Source: a bacterium
GTDB taxonomy: Bacteria > Methylomirabilota > Methylomirabilia > CAVQYV01
Assembly: GCA_043800755.1 (NCBI GenBank)
Contig: JAZDMQ010000021.1
Location: 1-49,145, forward strand
DNA length: 49,145 bases
Direction: 5' to 3'
Position numbers and translations under genes: made by a program. The notes beneath the pieces are model-generated. The model ran no database searches. It worked only from the letters and a program-made list of their open reading frames with translations, and had not been told where the DNA came from. Shown in pieces: positions 1 through 7,797 of this stretch. The stretch's first letter is position 1, and each line of letters opens with the position of its first letter.

Positions 1-1587
1 GTCGAAAAGGGAGCATCCGTGATCGTGGTCGAAGCGAACTTCGACATCGGCGGACACGCCATCGTCAGTGGGGGAAATGTCCCTCTGGGCGGCGGGACGA
101 GCGCCCAGAAGAAGCACGGCATCGTGGACTCGCCGGACCTCATCTTCTCGGACCTGACCGACTGGTCCATTGTACAACCCAACGGGTTCCCCGATTACCG
201 GTACAACGACAAAGAGATCGTTCGTGCCTTCGCCGACAACAACGTTTCGACCTTCGACTGGCTGTTGGCCCACGGCGTCTCCTTTGTGAACAAAGCCCCT
301 GACAACCATGGCGGGACCTCGGTCGGGAACTCTGTCCCCCGGGAGATGCATACCGCCGCGCTCACCTATCCATTGATCCAGACCGGCAAGCCGGTGGACC
401 CCACCCTGCAAGCGACGACCTACTCGGGTGTGGGTCTCATGCGGCCCCTGGAAGCAACGGGGAGGAAGTTGGGCGTGCAAATCCTGCTGGAGCACAAGAT
501 GACGGGCATTCACCGGGAAAGCCCTGCTTCGGGCAGGGTCCTGGGCATCGCCGTGGATCACAAAGGCAGAAAGCTGAACATCCGGGCGAAGAAGAGCGTC
601 ATCATTGCAACAGGCGGCTCCACTGGAAATGTGAACCTTCGCATGATCTTCGACCCGCGGCTGACGGAGGAGTACTGTGGTCTCTCGGGTGAGCCCTGGT
701 CTCCTCAGGACGGCAGCGGAGAGCTCGCCGCCATCGCCATTGGGGCATCGCTCTGGGGTACCTATAATCAGACTGGGGAGTTCGGTTTCGTTCTTACCAA
801 AGCAGGCTGCATCGGGTGTCAGTACGGCTATCGCTATTTGCAGTGGATGCCGGGCAGCCCCGTGTTCCACCTCGCCCGCGCCACTGGCCTTCGGGTCGCC
901 AACTGGCAAGATGTCATCCTCGTCAACCAGGCGGGCAAGAGATTCTACGATGAGACGGCAGAGCAGTTCACCGCGAACAGCTACAGGTCCCTCGACCCCT
1001 ATGTCCCAGGAAGCTATCTCAATGCCAAGAACATCAAGTACGGCCCGGCGAATTTCATCAATGCGGCCTTGGCCGGAACGGGGGAATCGCGGAATGGAGG
1101 CGGGCCGATCTGGGCCATCTTCGATGCGGACGCCGTGGCCCGGGAGAGATGGAATCCCACGCCTCCCCAGGTGGACATCGAGGCGGGCTTCTTTTTCAGT
1201 GCCGACACCATCGCGGAATTGGCCAACAAAGTGGTTATGAAATACCAGCCCCGAGGAATTCCCGCCCAGGCACTGGAAGAGACGGTGGCCCGGTACAACT
1301 CTTTCGTCGATTCGGGGCAGGACGAGGACTTTGGGAAGCCCAAACCTCTGCACAAGATCCAGAAACCGCCGTTCTATGCGGCTTGGTCGACGCCCGTCAT
1401 CCATGATTGTCGCACGGGCGTTCGGATCAACGCTAAGTGCCAGGTGGTAGACTTTTACGGCCAGGTCATTCCGGGCCTCTACTGTGGAGGCGAGTCGGCA
1501 GGCGGTTTCAGCCAGCATGGCCTGGCCCGATGCATCGTCCAGGGTCGCATCGCCGGCCAGGCCGCCGCCGGCGAAAAGGCGATATAG
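1..1587 (+). CDS. FAD-binding oxidoreductase, flavocytochrome c/fumarate reductase flavoprotein superfamily (5' end lies outside the window)
   Basis: Frame is open from base 1 (VEKGASVIVVEA..GGHAIVSGG). Has VIIATGG, VNQAGKRFYDE and IPGLYCGGESAGG motifs of the FAD_binding_2 family; the N-terminal GxGxxG is upstream of the window. Confidence 0.85.
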   Translation, partial: VEKGASVIVVEANFDIGGHAIVSGGNVPLGGGTSAQKKHGIVDSPDLIFSDLTDWSIVQPNGFPDYRYNDKEIVRAFADNNVSTFDWLLAHGVSFVNKAPDNHGGTSVGNSVPREMHTAALTYPLIQTGKPVDPTLQATTYSGVGLMRPLEATGRKLGVQILLEHKMTGIHRESPASGRVLGIAVDHKGRKLNIRAKKSVIIATGGSTGNVNLRMIFDPRLTEEYCGLSGEPWSPQDGSGELAAIAIGASLWGTYNQTGEFGFVLTKAGCIGCQYGYRYLQWMPGSPVFHLARATGLRVANWQDVILVNQAGKRFYDETAEQFTANSYRSLDPYVPGSYLNAKNIKYGPANFINAALAGTGESRNGGGPIWAIFDADAVARERWNPTPPQVDIEAGFFFSADTIAELANKVVMKYQPRGIPAQALEETVARYNSFVDSGQDEDFGKPKPLHKIQKPPFYAAWSTPVIHDCRTGVRINAKCQVVDFYGQVIPGLYCGGESAGGFSQHGLARCIVQGRIAGQAAAGEKAI

Positions 1588-1617
1588 TGATGGAGTGATC
1601 CAAACAAAATTCTCACA

Positions 1618-2088
1618 ATGAGGAATATCATGAGCAGGCCATTTCGATTGGTGTACACGGGGTTGTTCATTTTCACTCTAACTCTGAGCCTACTGGGTTC
1701 TGCTTCGGCTCCAACGCCCGCGCTCTGGCCACTTCCTGCATCGATGATCGCGGCGGCGACCGCCGCTTCCTCTGAGCCCTCGCCAACTAGCCCCTCGACG
1801 GCTGGAGACTCCAAGGACCTTTGCCTGGACTGTCACGGGCCTTTCGATGACCTCGCCAGATCATCCGCCGGCTATGTGGCACCGAGTGGGGAAAAGGGCA
1901 CGCCGCACCGTTACATTCCCCATGAAAAGAAAGACGCCAGTGCCATCCCAGGATGCAGCAATTGTCATCAGCCACATCCGGTGCCGCCGCCCTCACCGAT
2001 GGTAGCGCCTAAGGCGAGCGTGGACTGGTGCTACCGTGCCTGCCATCACGAGAACAATTTCAAGTCATGCAAGGAGTGCCACCAGTAA
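1618..2088 (+). CDS. Small periplasmic tetraheme cytochrome c (cytochrome c3-like)
   Basis: Signal-peptide-like N-terminus; heme motifs CLDCH, CSNCH, CKECH plus atypical CYRACH (CX3CH). Start could be 1630. Confidence 0.8.
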   Translation: MRNIMSRPFRLVYTGLFIFTLTLSLLGSASAPTPALWPLPASMIAAATAASSEPSPTSPSTAGDSKDLCLDCHGPFDDLARSSAGYVAPSGEKGTPHRYIPHEKKDASAIPGCSNCHQPHPVPPPSPMVAPKASVDWCYRACHHENNFKSCKECHQ

Positions 2089-2162
2089 CCCAACCATCAT
2101 CAAGCGCGCGGAAACCAGACAAGACCCCGGTTATCCGTTCATAAGTTGAGGATGGGAGATCC

Positions 2163-3029
2163 ATGAATGAAGATGAGACTCACCTATTTGGCGAACCGGT
2201 CGTGGAAATCATCCGGAGGAGGAGGTCTGTCCGGACCTATTCCAAGCTGCCGATTCCGGCAGATGTTAAAGAGAGGTTACATCAATATTTTCAACAGCTG
2301 GAGGGTCCGTTCCAGGTGGGAATCCGGTTTGAGCTACTTGATAAACTGGCAATAAGGGCAGATGCGGAGATCAAGCTGCGAACATACGGTGTGATTCAAG
2401 GGGCATCTTCCTTTATTGCTGCGGCTGTTGAGAAAAAAGAACACAACTTGGAACAGCTGGGGTATATTTTTGAAAACCTGATCCTCTACCTTACTTCTCT
2501 TGGACTTGGGACCTGCTGGATGGCCGCCACATTCAACAGAAGCCAATTTTCAAAGGCAATGAGGATCGGAACAGACGAGATTCTTCCCATTGTAACCCCT
2601 ATTGGATATGCAAGTGGGATAAGAAGCCCGATCGACACTTTGATGAAGCCGTTCCCCGCTGTCAAGATGAGAAAGGCCTGGAATAAGCTCTTTTTCAAAA
2701 ACAGCTTCAATACCCTTTTGGAGGGGGCCGATGCCGGGGCCTATGCCATGCCTCTTGAAATGGTAAGGCTTGCTCCGTCCGCTTCCAATAAACAGCCCTG
2801 GAGGATCGTGAAGGAAGACGGGTCTTTCCATTTCTATCTCGCTCATGATGCAATCTACAGCTATAGATACAAATATGACATCCAGAAGATCGACATGGGA
2901 ATTGCCATGTTCCATTTCCAATGCACGGCAAGTGAAGCGGGGTTGAAGGGCAGATGGGAAATTCAAACACCGGTTTTAAAAAATGTCCCCGGGGAGTTGG
3001 AATATATTATAACCTGGATTTCGGGGTGA
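2163..3029 (+). CDS. Nitroreductase family protein (two-domain)
   Basis: RRSVRTY, LGLGTCW, RLAPSASNKQPW and IDMGIAM motifs; RBS GGGAG upstream. Confidence 0.9.
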   Translation: MNEDETHLFGEPVVEIIRRRRSVRTYSKLPIPADVKERLHQYFQQLEGPFQVGIRFELLDKLAIRADAEIKLRTYGVIQGASSFIAAAVEKKEHNLEQLGYIFENLILYLTSLGLGTCWMAATFNRSQFSKAMRIGTDEILPIVTPIGYASGIRSPIDTLMKPFPAVKMRKAWNKLFFKNSFNTLLEGADAGAYAMPLEMVRLAPSASNKQPWRIVKEDGSFHFYLAHDAIYSYRYKYDIQKIDMGIAMFHFQCTASEAGLKGRWEIQTPVLKNVPGELEYIITWISG

Positions 3030-3086
3030 AGGGGCTGCAAATCTTGCACCCTCCTGATTTTCTCAGGACAGAAATCAAAGAAATCA

Positions 3087-3829
3087 GGGGACATAATACC
3101 GATTCTTCCCTTGCCTTTGTCAGCGTATTCTCATGGCATACCAGTATGGCCCGTATCTCACGCATCGTTGTTCCGGGTTACCCCCACCATGTAACCCAAC
3201 GGGGCGTCCGCTCGATGGAGGTGTTTCACCGGGATGAGGAACGCCGCGCTTACCTTCGGTTCTTTGCCGAGGAGGCAGGGCGCTTCGGCGTGGACATCCT
3301 CTGCTGGTGCCTGATGACCAACCACGTCCATGTCATAGCCGTCCCCCATCAGGAGACCTCTCTTGCCAGGGCGTTCGGCGAAGCGCACCGGCGCTATACC
3401 CGATTGAAGAACTTCGCGGAAGGCGTACGCGGGTAGCTCTTCCAGGGACGGTTCAGCTCGTGCGTCCTGGACGAAGATCACCTGCTTTCTGCGGCACGGT
3501 ACGTGGAATTGAATCCCGCCCGTGCCGGGATGGTGAAACACGCCTGGGGGTACCCGTGGTCAAGCGCACGGTATCATACGGGGGTTTCCGAAATCGATCC
3601 TCTGGTGAAGGACCGGACGCTGCTGGGATTGATCACCGATTGGAAGGAGTTTCTTCGTAGGGAAGACGACAAGGCGACGGTCCGGCTCCGGCTGGCGACG
3701 CGGACGGGTCGGCCGGCAGGAACTGAGGAGTTTATTGCCATAGTGGAAGGGCTGACTGGTTGTGACTTGCGCAGAGGGCCACCGGGAAGGCCCAGAAAGA
3801 CGCAGGCATGAAAACAGTATTATGTCCCC
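3087..3829. mobile_element. RAYT (HUH/Y1 transposase) element bounded by perfect 13-bp inverted repeats
   Basis: GGGGACATAATAC at 3087-3099 and its exact reverse complement GTATTATGTCCCC at 3817-3829 bracket the transposase gene. Confidence 0.75.
3146..3811 (+). pseudogene. REP-associated tyrosine transposase with an in-frame TAG at 3434-3436
   Basis: MARISRIVVPGYPHHVTQRG, CLMTNHVH (HUH), EGVRG*LFQGRF, RYVELNPARAG, YPWSS. The two track ORFs (2954-3436 and 3503-3811) are the same frame. Confidence 0.85.
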
Positions 3830-3857
3830 GCCAGAATCGCCCGAGAATCGAAAGTAA

Positions 3858-3984
3858 GGGGCTGGGAAGCCCCGTAGGGGCGAGATTTTCGGAAGGGGGC
3901 CTCCGCCATCGCCCGTGCTTGCTCTGCGAGCCTCCGGCTCGCCCGCTGCGCGCGAGGAGCCGCTCAGCTCGCGCCCCGTTGGGC
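3858..3984 (+). repeat. Palindrome-rich REP-like / partial attC-like segment
   Basis: Hairpins GGGGCT-GGGA-AGCCCC (3858-3873), GTAG-GGGCGA...TCGCCC (3874-3914) and GCGAGC-CTCCG-GCTCGC; ends in GCTCAGCTCGCGCCCC-GTTGGGC (GTTRRRY). Confidence 0.45.
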
Positions 3985-4012
3985 ACTCAACCACCCGAAA
4001 AAGGAGAGAATA

Positions 4013-4261
4013 ATGTCCAAATGCAAGTACTGCGGGTCAAGTAGCTTTGGGTCTTGCAGCAACAGTCCACATAAGAAGCATGAGCACAGTGGTTTGGATG
4101 AAAAAAAGTGTGTTTTCTGCGGTTCATCCAGCTACGGCTCTTGTAGCAAGAGCCCGTTTAATAAGCACCAACATGGCAGTGGAAACTATAAATGCGTTTA
4201 TTGTGGTTCAACCAGCACTGGCTCATGTAGCAATAGCCCTCATGGAAAGCATGAAAAGTAA
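4013..4261 (+). CDS. 82-aa protein of three CxxCGSxSxGSCxxSPxxKH repeats, putative metal-binding
   Basis: Strong RBS AAGGAG; three internal Cys/His repeats; more AT-rich than its flanks. Confidence 0.8.
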   Translation: MSKCKYCGSSSFGSCSNSPHKKHEHSGLDEKKCVFCGSSSYGSCSKSPFNKHQHGSGNYKCVYCGSTSTGSCSNSPHGKHEK

Positions 4262-4304
4262 CCGGGCCTAATTCACGTTAGGTTGCTTGCCATCATGGAC
4301 ATTT

Positions 4305-4373
4305 GTGCATGTCACGCAGCGTGGCAACAATCGTTCCCCGGTATTCTTCGATGACCAGGACCGCCAGTTCTAC
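4305..4373 (+). pseudogene. Fragment of a second RAYT transposase
   Basis: Translates VHVTQRGNNRSPVFFDDQDRQFY, the N-terminal HVTQRGNNR motif of RAYTs. Not in the ORF track. Confidence 0.7.
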
Positions 4374-4388
4374 TGTGGGGGGGGAAGT

Positions 4389-4583
4389 GGGGTCGAATCT
4401 TTAATCTTGATGATTTAGCTCACTGCTGAAGATGCAAAGTGAGAGAAGGGGGAAGAAAGGGACCCCCCTATGCCCGGTGCCTTCAGTGTTTCTGTAGAAC
4501 CCGGTAGATGTCATCGAAGCGCTCATGAATCAAACTGAAAATAGAAAGAAAGAGAAAGAAAGGGGTCAAATCTTTATTCTTGA
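4389..4583 (+). repeat. Imperfect 22-bp direct repeat
   Basis: GGGGTCGAATCTTTAATCTTGA (4389-4410) and GGGGTCAAATCTTTATTCTTGA (4562-4583), 2 mismatches. Confidence 0.75.
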
Positions 4584-4608
4584 CTTTAGCCTCTTGGTCG
4601 CAAAACCA

Positions 4609-4643
4609 AAGGGGCTGCATCTGAGCATCTGATACAACCCCTT
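4609..4643 (-). terminator. Hairpin downstream of tRNA-Glu, possible terminator or island junction
   Basis: Minus strand AAGGGGTTGTATC-N9-GATGCAGCCCCTT pairs with G-U wobbles, followed by TGGTTTTG. Confidence 0.5.
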
Positions 4644-4651
4644 GATTTTAT

Positions 4652-4729
4652 TGGCGTCCCCAACGGGATTTGAACCCGTGTTGCCGCCTTGAAAGAGCGG
4701 TGTCCTGGACCCGACTAGACGATGGGGAC
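4652..4729 (-). tRNA. tRNA-Glu(UUC)
   Basis: Reverse complement GTCCCCATCGTCTAG...CCGCT-CTTTCAA-GGCGG...GGTTCAAATCCC...GGGGACGCCA; cloverleaf with encoded CCA. Confidence 0.97.
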
Positions 4730-4802
4730 GCGATGACGGGCAGGGACGGGGGCAAGGACCCCTCAGGCCCTCTCACTCCCTCGCACCTGATGAATGCTCA
4801 AT

Positions 4803-4879
4803 TGGTGACCCGTGTTGGACTCGAACCAACGACTCCCTGCTTAAAAGGCAGGTGCTCTACCAACCTGAGCTAACGGGCC
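4803..4879 (-). tRNA. tRNA-Lys(UUU)
   Basis: Reverse complement GGCCCGTTAGCTCAG...CCTGC-CTTTTAA-GCAGG...GGTTCGAGTCC...GGGTCACCA. Confidence 0.97.
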
Positions 4880-4887
4880 ACATAGAT

Positions 4888-4896
4888 ATTATACCA
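4888..4896 (-). promoter_or_regulatory. Extended -10 promoter (TGnTATAAT) for the tRNA pair, overlapping the purA stop codon
   Basis: Minus strand TGGTATAAT ends 8 nt before tRNA-Lys; no clear -35. Confidence 0.55.
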
Positions 4897-6196
4897 TCTT
4901 CCACTTCCGAAGGGAGGGAGTTTTCATGGTGATGGTCTCTTCCCGGGCCGGGCCGGTGGAGATGATGGAGAAATCCACCCCCGCCAGTTCGCTCATCCTT
5001 CGCACATAGTCCTGGCAGCGGTGTGGCAGCGCCTCGAAGGAGGTGATGCCCACAATGCTCTGCTTCCATCCCGGCCATTCCTCGTAGATGGGCCGGCAGG
5101 TAGGTAGTTTGCTCGTCTCGTTCGGGAACTCGGAGAGGACCTTCCCCTGGTAGCGATAGCCCACGCAGACCTTGATCGTGTCCAGCTCATCCAGGACATC
5201 CAACTTCATCAAGGCCAGGGTGGAGAGGCCGTTGACTCGGACCGAATAGCGCACCACCACGGCGTCGAACCAGCCGCACCGTCGTGGCCTCCCGGTGCTG
5301 GCCCCATACTCGGATCCCCGATTCCGCAGAAGCTCTCCCACCTCATCGGAAAGCTCGGTCGGGAACGGCCCCTCCCCTACTCGGGTGGTATAGGCCTTGG
5401 TGACCCCGATCACGCCGTTGACCTGGGTAGGGCCGATCCCCACCCCGATGCAGGCGCCGCCCGCGGTGGAGCTGGAGGAGGTGACATAGGGATAGGTCCC
5501 CAGATCGACATCCAGCAAGGTTCCCTGGGCTCCCTCAAAAAGGATCCTCTTTCCTTCCTCCAGGAAGCGGTGAATGGTGAGCCCCCCATCTACCAGAAAG
5601 CCCTTCAGCCGCTCATAATAGCCCATATAATCCCGGAAGATCTCCTCCTCGTCCAATACATGGATCTTGGAGTCCGGCGGCTGCAAGGCCTTTTTCTCTC
5701 GCAGGTTGAAGGCCAGCCTCTCCCGGAAATGGCTCGGGTCGTAAAGCTCCCCGAAACGGATCCCCAGACGGGCTGCCTTGTCGGCGTAGGTCGGGCCGAT
5801 CCCCCGCCCGGTGGTGCCGATCTTGTGAGCCCCGCGCCGCGCCTCGTTCTCGATGTCCATCAACTTGTGGTAGGGCATGATGAGGTGGGCATTCTTGCTG
5901 ATGAAGAAATTGTCCTGGATGTCGACACCCAACCCCTTGAGCTGCTCCATCTCCGCTAACAGCTCCTTGGGATCGATCACCACCCCATTGCCCAGGAGGC
6001 AGATCTTTCCCCGATGGAGGATGCCCGAGGGGACCATGTGCATCACGAACTTATTCTTCCCCACCACCACGGTGTGGCCCGCATTGTGCCCTCCCTGATA
6101 GCGCGCCACCACGTCGAAGTGATCGCAGAGGAAGTCCACGATCTTCCCCTTCCCCTCGTCCCCCCACTGAGCCCCAACCACTACGATATTGGCCAT
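4889..6196 (-). CDS. purA: Adenylosuccinate synthetase
   Basis: GAQWGDEGKGK, GGHNAGHT, FEGAQG, TGRPRRCGWFD. Confidence 0.98.
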   Translation of the reverse strand: MANIVVVGAQWGDEGKGKIVDFLCDHFDVVARYQGGHNAGHTVVVGKNKFVMHMVPSGILHRGKICLLGNGVVIDPKELLAEMEQLKGLGVDIQDNFFISKNAHLIMPYHKLMDIENEARRGAHKIGTTGRGIGPTYADKAARLGIRFGELYDPSHFRERLAFNLREKKALQPPDSKIHVLDEEEIFRDYMGYYERLKGFLVDGGLTIHRFLEEGKRILFEGAQGTLLDVDLGTYPYVTSSSSTAGGACIGVGIGPTQVNGVIGVTKAYTTRVGEGPFPTELSDEVGELLRNRGSEYGASTGRPRRCGWFDAVVVRYSVRVNGLSTLALMKLDVLDELDTIKVCVGYRYQGKVLSEFPNETSKLPTCRPIYEEWPGWKQSIVGITSFEALPHRCQDYVRRMSELAGVDFSIISTGPAREETITMKTPSLRKWKMV

Positions 6197-6213
6197 TTAC
6201 CCTTTAGCCCTCC

Positions 6214-7797
6214 TTAGATCTTCACCAGCTTGGCGAAGACGATATTGGGGAGATTGCGCAGGCGCTCCAGAGTCTCCGGCGGAACGGGCTGATCCACATT
6301 CACCAGGGAAAGGGCCCGCCCTCCCGCCTTCTCCCTGCTCAGCTGGATGCTGGCAATGTTCACCTGGCTTTCTCCCAGAAGGCAGCCGATCTTCCCCAGG
6401 ACCCCCGGGGTGTCGATATTACAGAAGATGAGGATGTGGCCCTTGGGGATCGCCTCCAGGCGAAACTCGTTGATCCGGATCACCCGGGGCTCTCGTTTCT
6501 TGACCACGGTCCCCGCCACCTCGGACTGTCCCTTGTCGGTCTTCAGCCCCACGCAGATGATGCTGGCGAAGTCCTCATCCTCGCCCGACTTGCTCTCCAC
6601 CACCCGAATCCCGCGACCCTTGGCGAAGGGCAGGGCATTGATGGTGTTCACCATCTCCTGCAGGATCGGGGAGAGGACGCCCTTCACGATGGCCACCGTG
6701 AGCGGGGCCAGGTCCATGCTGGCGATCTCCCCGCGGTAGTCAATCCGGATCTCCTCGATCCGCCCCTCGGAGAGCTGTGATTCTAAAGAGCCCAGCCTCT
6801 CCGCCAGGTCCAGGTAGGGCTGGATCTTGGAGAGCACCTCTGGCTCGATCGAGGGGGCGTTGACCGCGTTGCGGATCACCCCTCGCTTCAGATAATCGAT
6901 CACCTGGCGGGCGATAGCGATGGCCACATTCTCCTGGGCCTCGGCGGTGGAGGCCCCCAGGTGGGGGGTGCAGATGAAGTTGGTCAGCTCCAGCAAGGGG
7001 CTCTCCTTCAGCGGCTCCTTCTCGAAGACATCCAGGGCCGCCCCCGCGACCTTGCCGCTCTTCAGCGCCTGATAAAGGGCCTGCTCGTTGACGATCCCCC
7101 CCCGAGCGCAGTTGATGATGCGCACCCCGTCCTTCATCCGGGAGAGGGTCCCCTCATTAATCAGGTTACGGGTCTCCTCGGTCAGAGGGGTGTGAAGGGT
7201 GATGAAATCCGATTCGGCGAAGAGGCGATCCAGGTCGGCCAGCTGCACCCCCATCTCCTGGGCCACCTCCGCGGAGATGAAGGGATCGTAGGCGATGACC
7301 TCCATCATCATCCCCTTGGCCCTCCGGGCCACCTCGGATCCAATGCGCCCCATGCCAATGATCCCTAAGGTCTTCTGATAGAGCTCCACCCCCATGAACT
7401 GGTTCTTCTCCCACTTCCCCTCCTTCATAGAGGCGGTAGCCTGAGGGATGCTGCGGGCCAGGGCAAGGAGCATGGAAATGGCGTGCTCGGCGGTGGTGAT
7501 GGTATTGCCCCCCGGGGTATTCATGACCAGCACGCCCCGGGCGCTGGCGGATGCCACATCCACATTATCCACGCCGATGCCAGCCCGGCCCACCACCTTC
7601 AGATTCTTCCCCGCCTCCAGCACCGCCTCGGTCACCTTGGCGCCCGAGCGGATGATGAGGGCGTGATAATCCCCGATGATCTGCAGCAGATCCTGCGGGG
7701 GTAGAGTGTTCTTCACCTCGACCGCCAGGCCCTCGGCTTGTCTGAGGATCTCCACCCCGTTCTGGGAAAGGTTGTCGGTGACCAGAACTTTATACAT
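6214..7797 (-). CDS. serA: D-3-phosphoglycerate dehydrogenase (long form with ASB and ACT domains)
   Basis: GRAGIGVDNVD, GMGRIG, NCARGG, TPHLGAST, C-terminal ACT domain. Confidence 0.96.
   Translation of the reverse strand: MYKVLVTDNLSQNGVEILRQAEGLAVEVKNTLPPQDLLQIIGDYHALIIRSGAKVTEAVLEAGKNLKVVGRAGIGVDNVDVASASARGVLVMNTPGGNTITTAEHAISMLLALARSIPQATASMKEGKWEKNQFMGVELYQKTLGIIGMGRIGSEVARRAKGMMMEVIAYDPFISAEVAQEMGVQLADLDRLFAESDFITLHTPLTEETRNLINEGTLSRMKDGVRIINCARGGIVNEQALYQALKSGKVAGAALDVFEKEPLKESPLLELTNFICTPHLGASTAEAQENVAIAIARQVIDYLKRGVIRNAVNAPSIEPEVLSKIQPYLDLAERLGSLESQLSEGRIEEIRIDYRGEIASMDLAPLTVAIVKGVLSPILQEMVNTINALPFAKGRGIRVVESKSGEDEDFASIICVGLKTDKGQSEVAGTVVKKREPRVIRINEFRLEAIPKGHILIFCNIDTPGVLGKIGCLLGESQVNIASIQLSREKAGGRALSLVNVDQPVPPETLERLRNLPNIVFAKLVKI

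Noticed and set aside
3434-3436. Stop-codon recoding (pyrrolysine or alternative code) to explain in-frame stops here and at 49095
   Set aside because: The two stops differ (TAG and TAA), each is one base from a Tyr codon, and both codons end many normal genes in the window. No pyl or suppressor genes are seen.
4389-4583. Direct repeats as a CRISPR array
   Set aside because: Only two copies, a ~150-bp gap, and no cas genes.
3029-4619. 11-bp match AAGGGGCTGCA at 3029 and 4609 as an att or target duplication
   Set aside because: Short, GC-rich, and each copy is an arm of a local hairpin; not distinguishable from chance.
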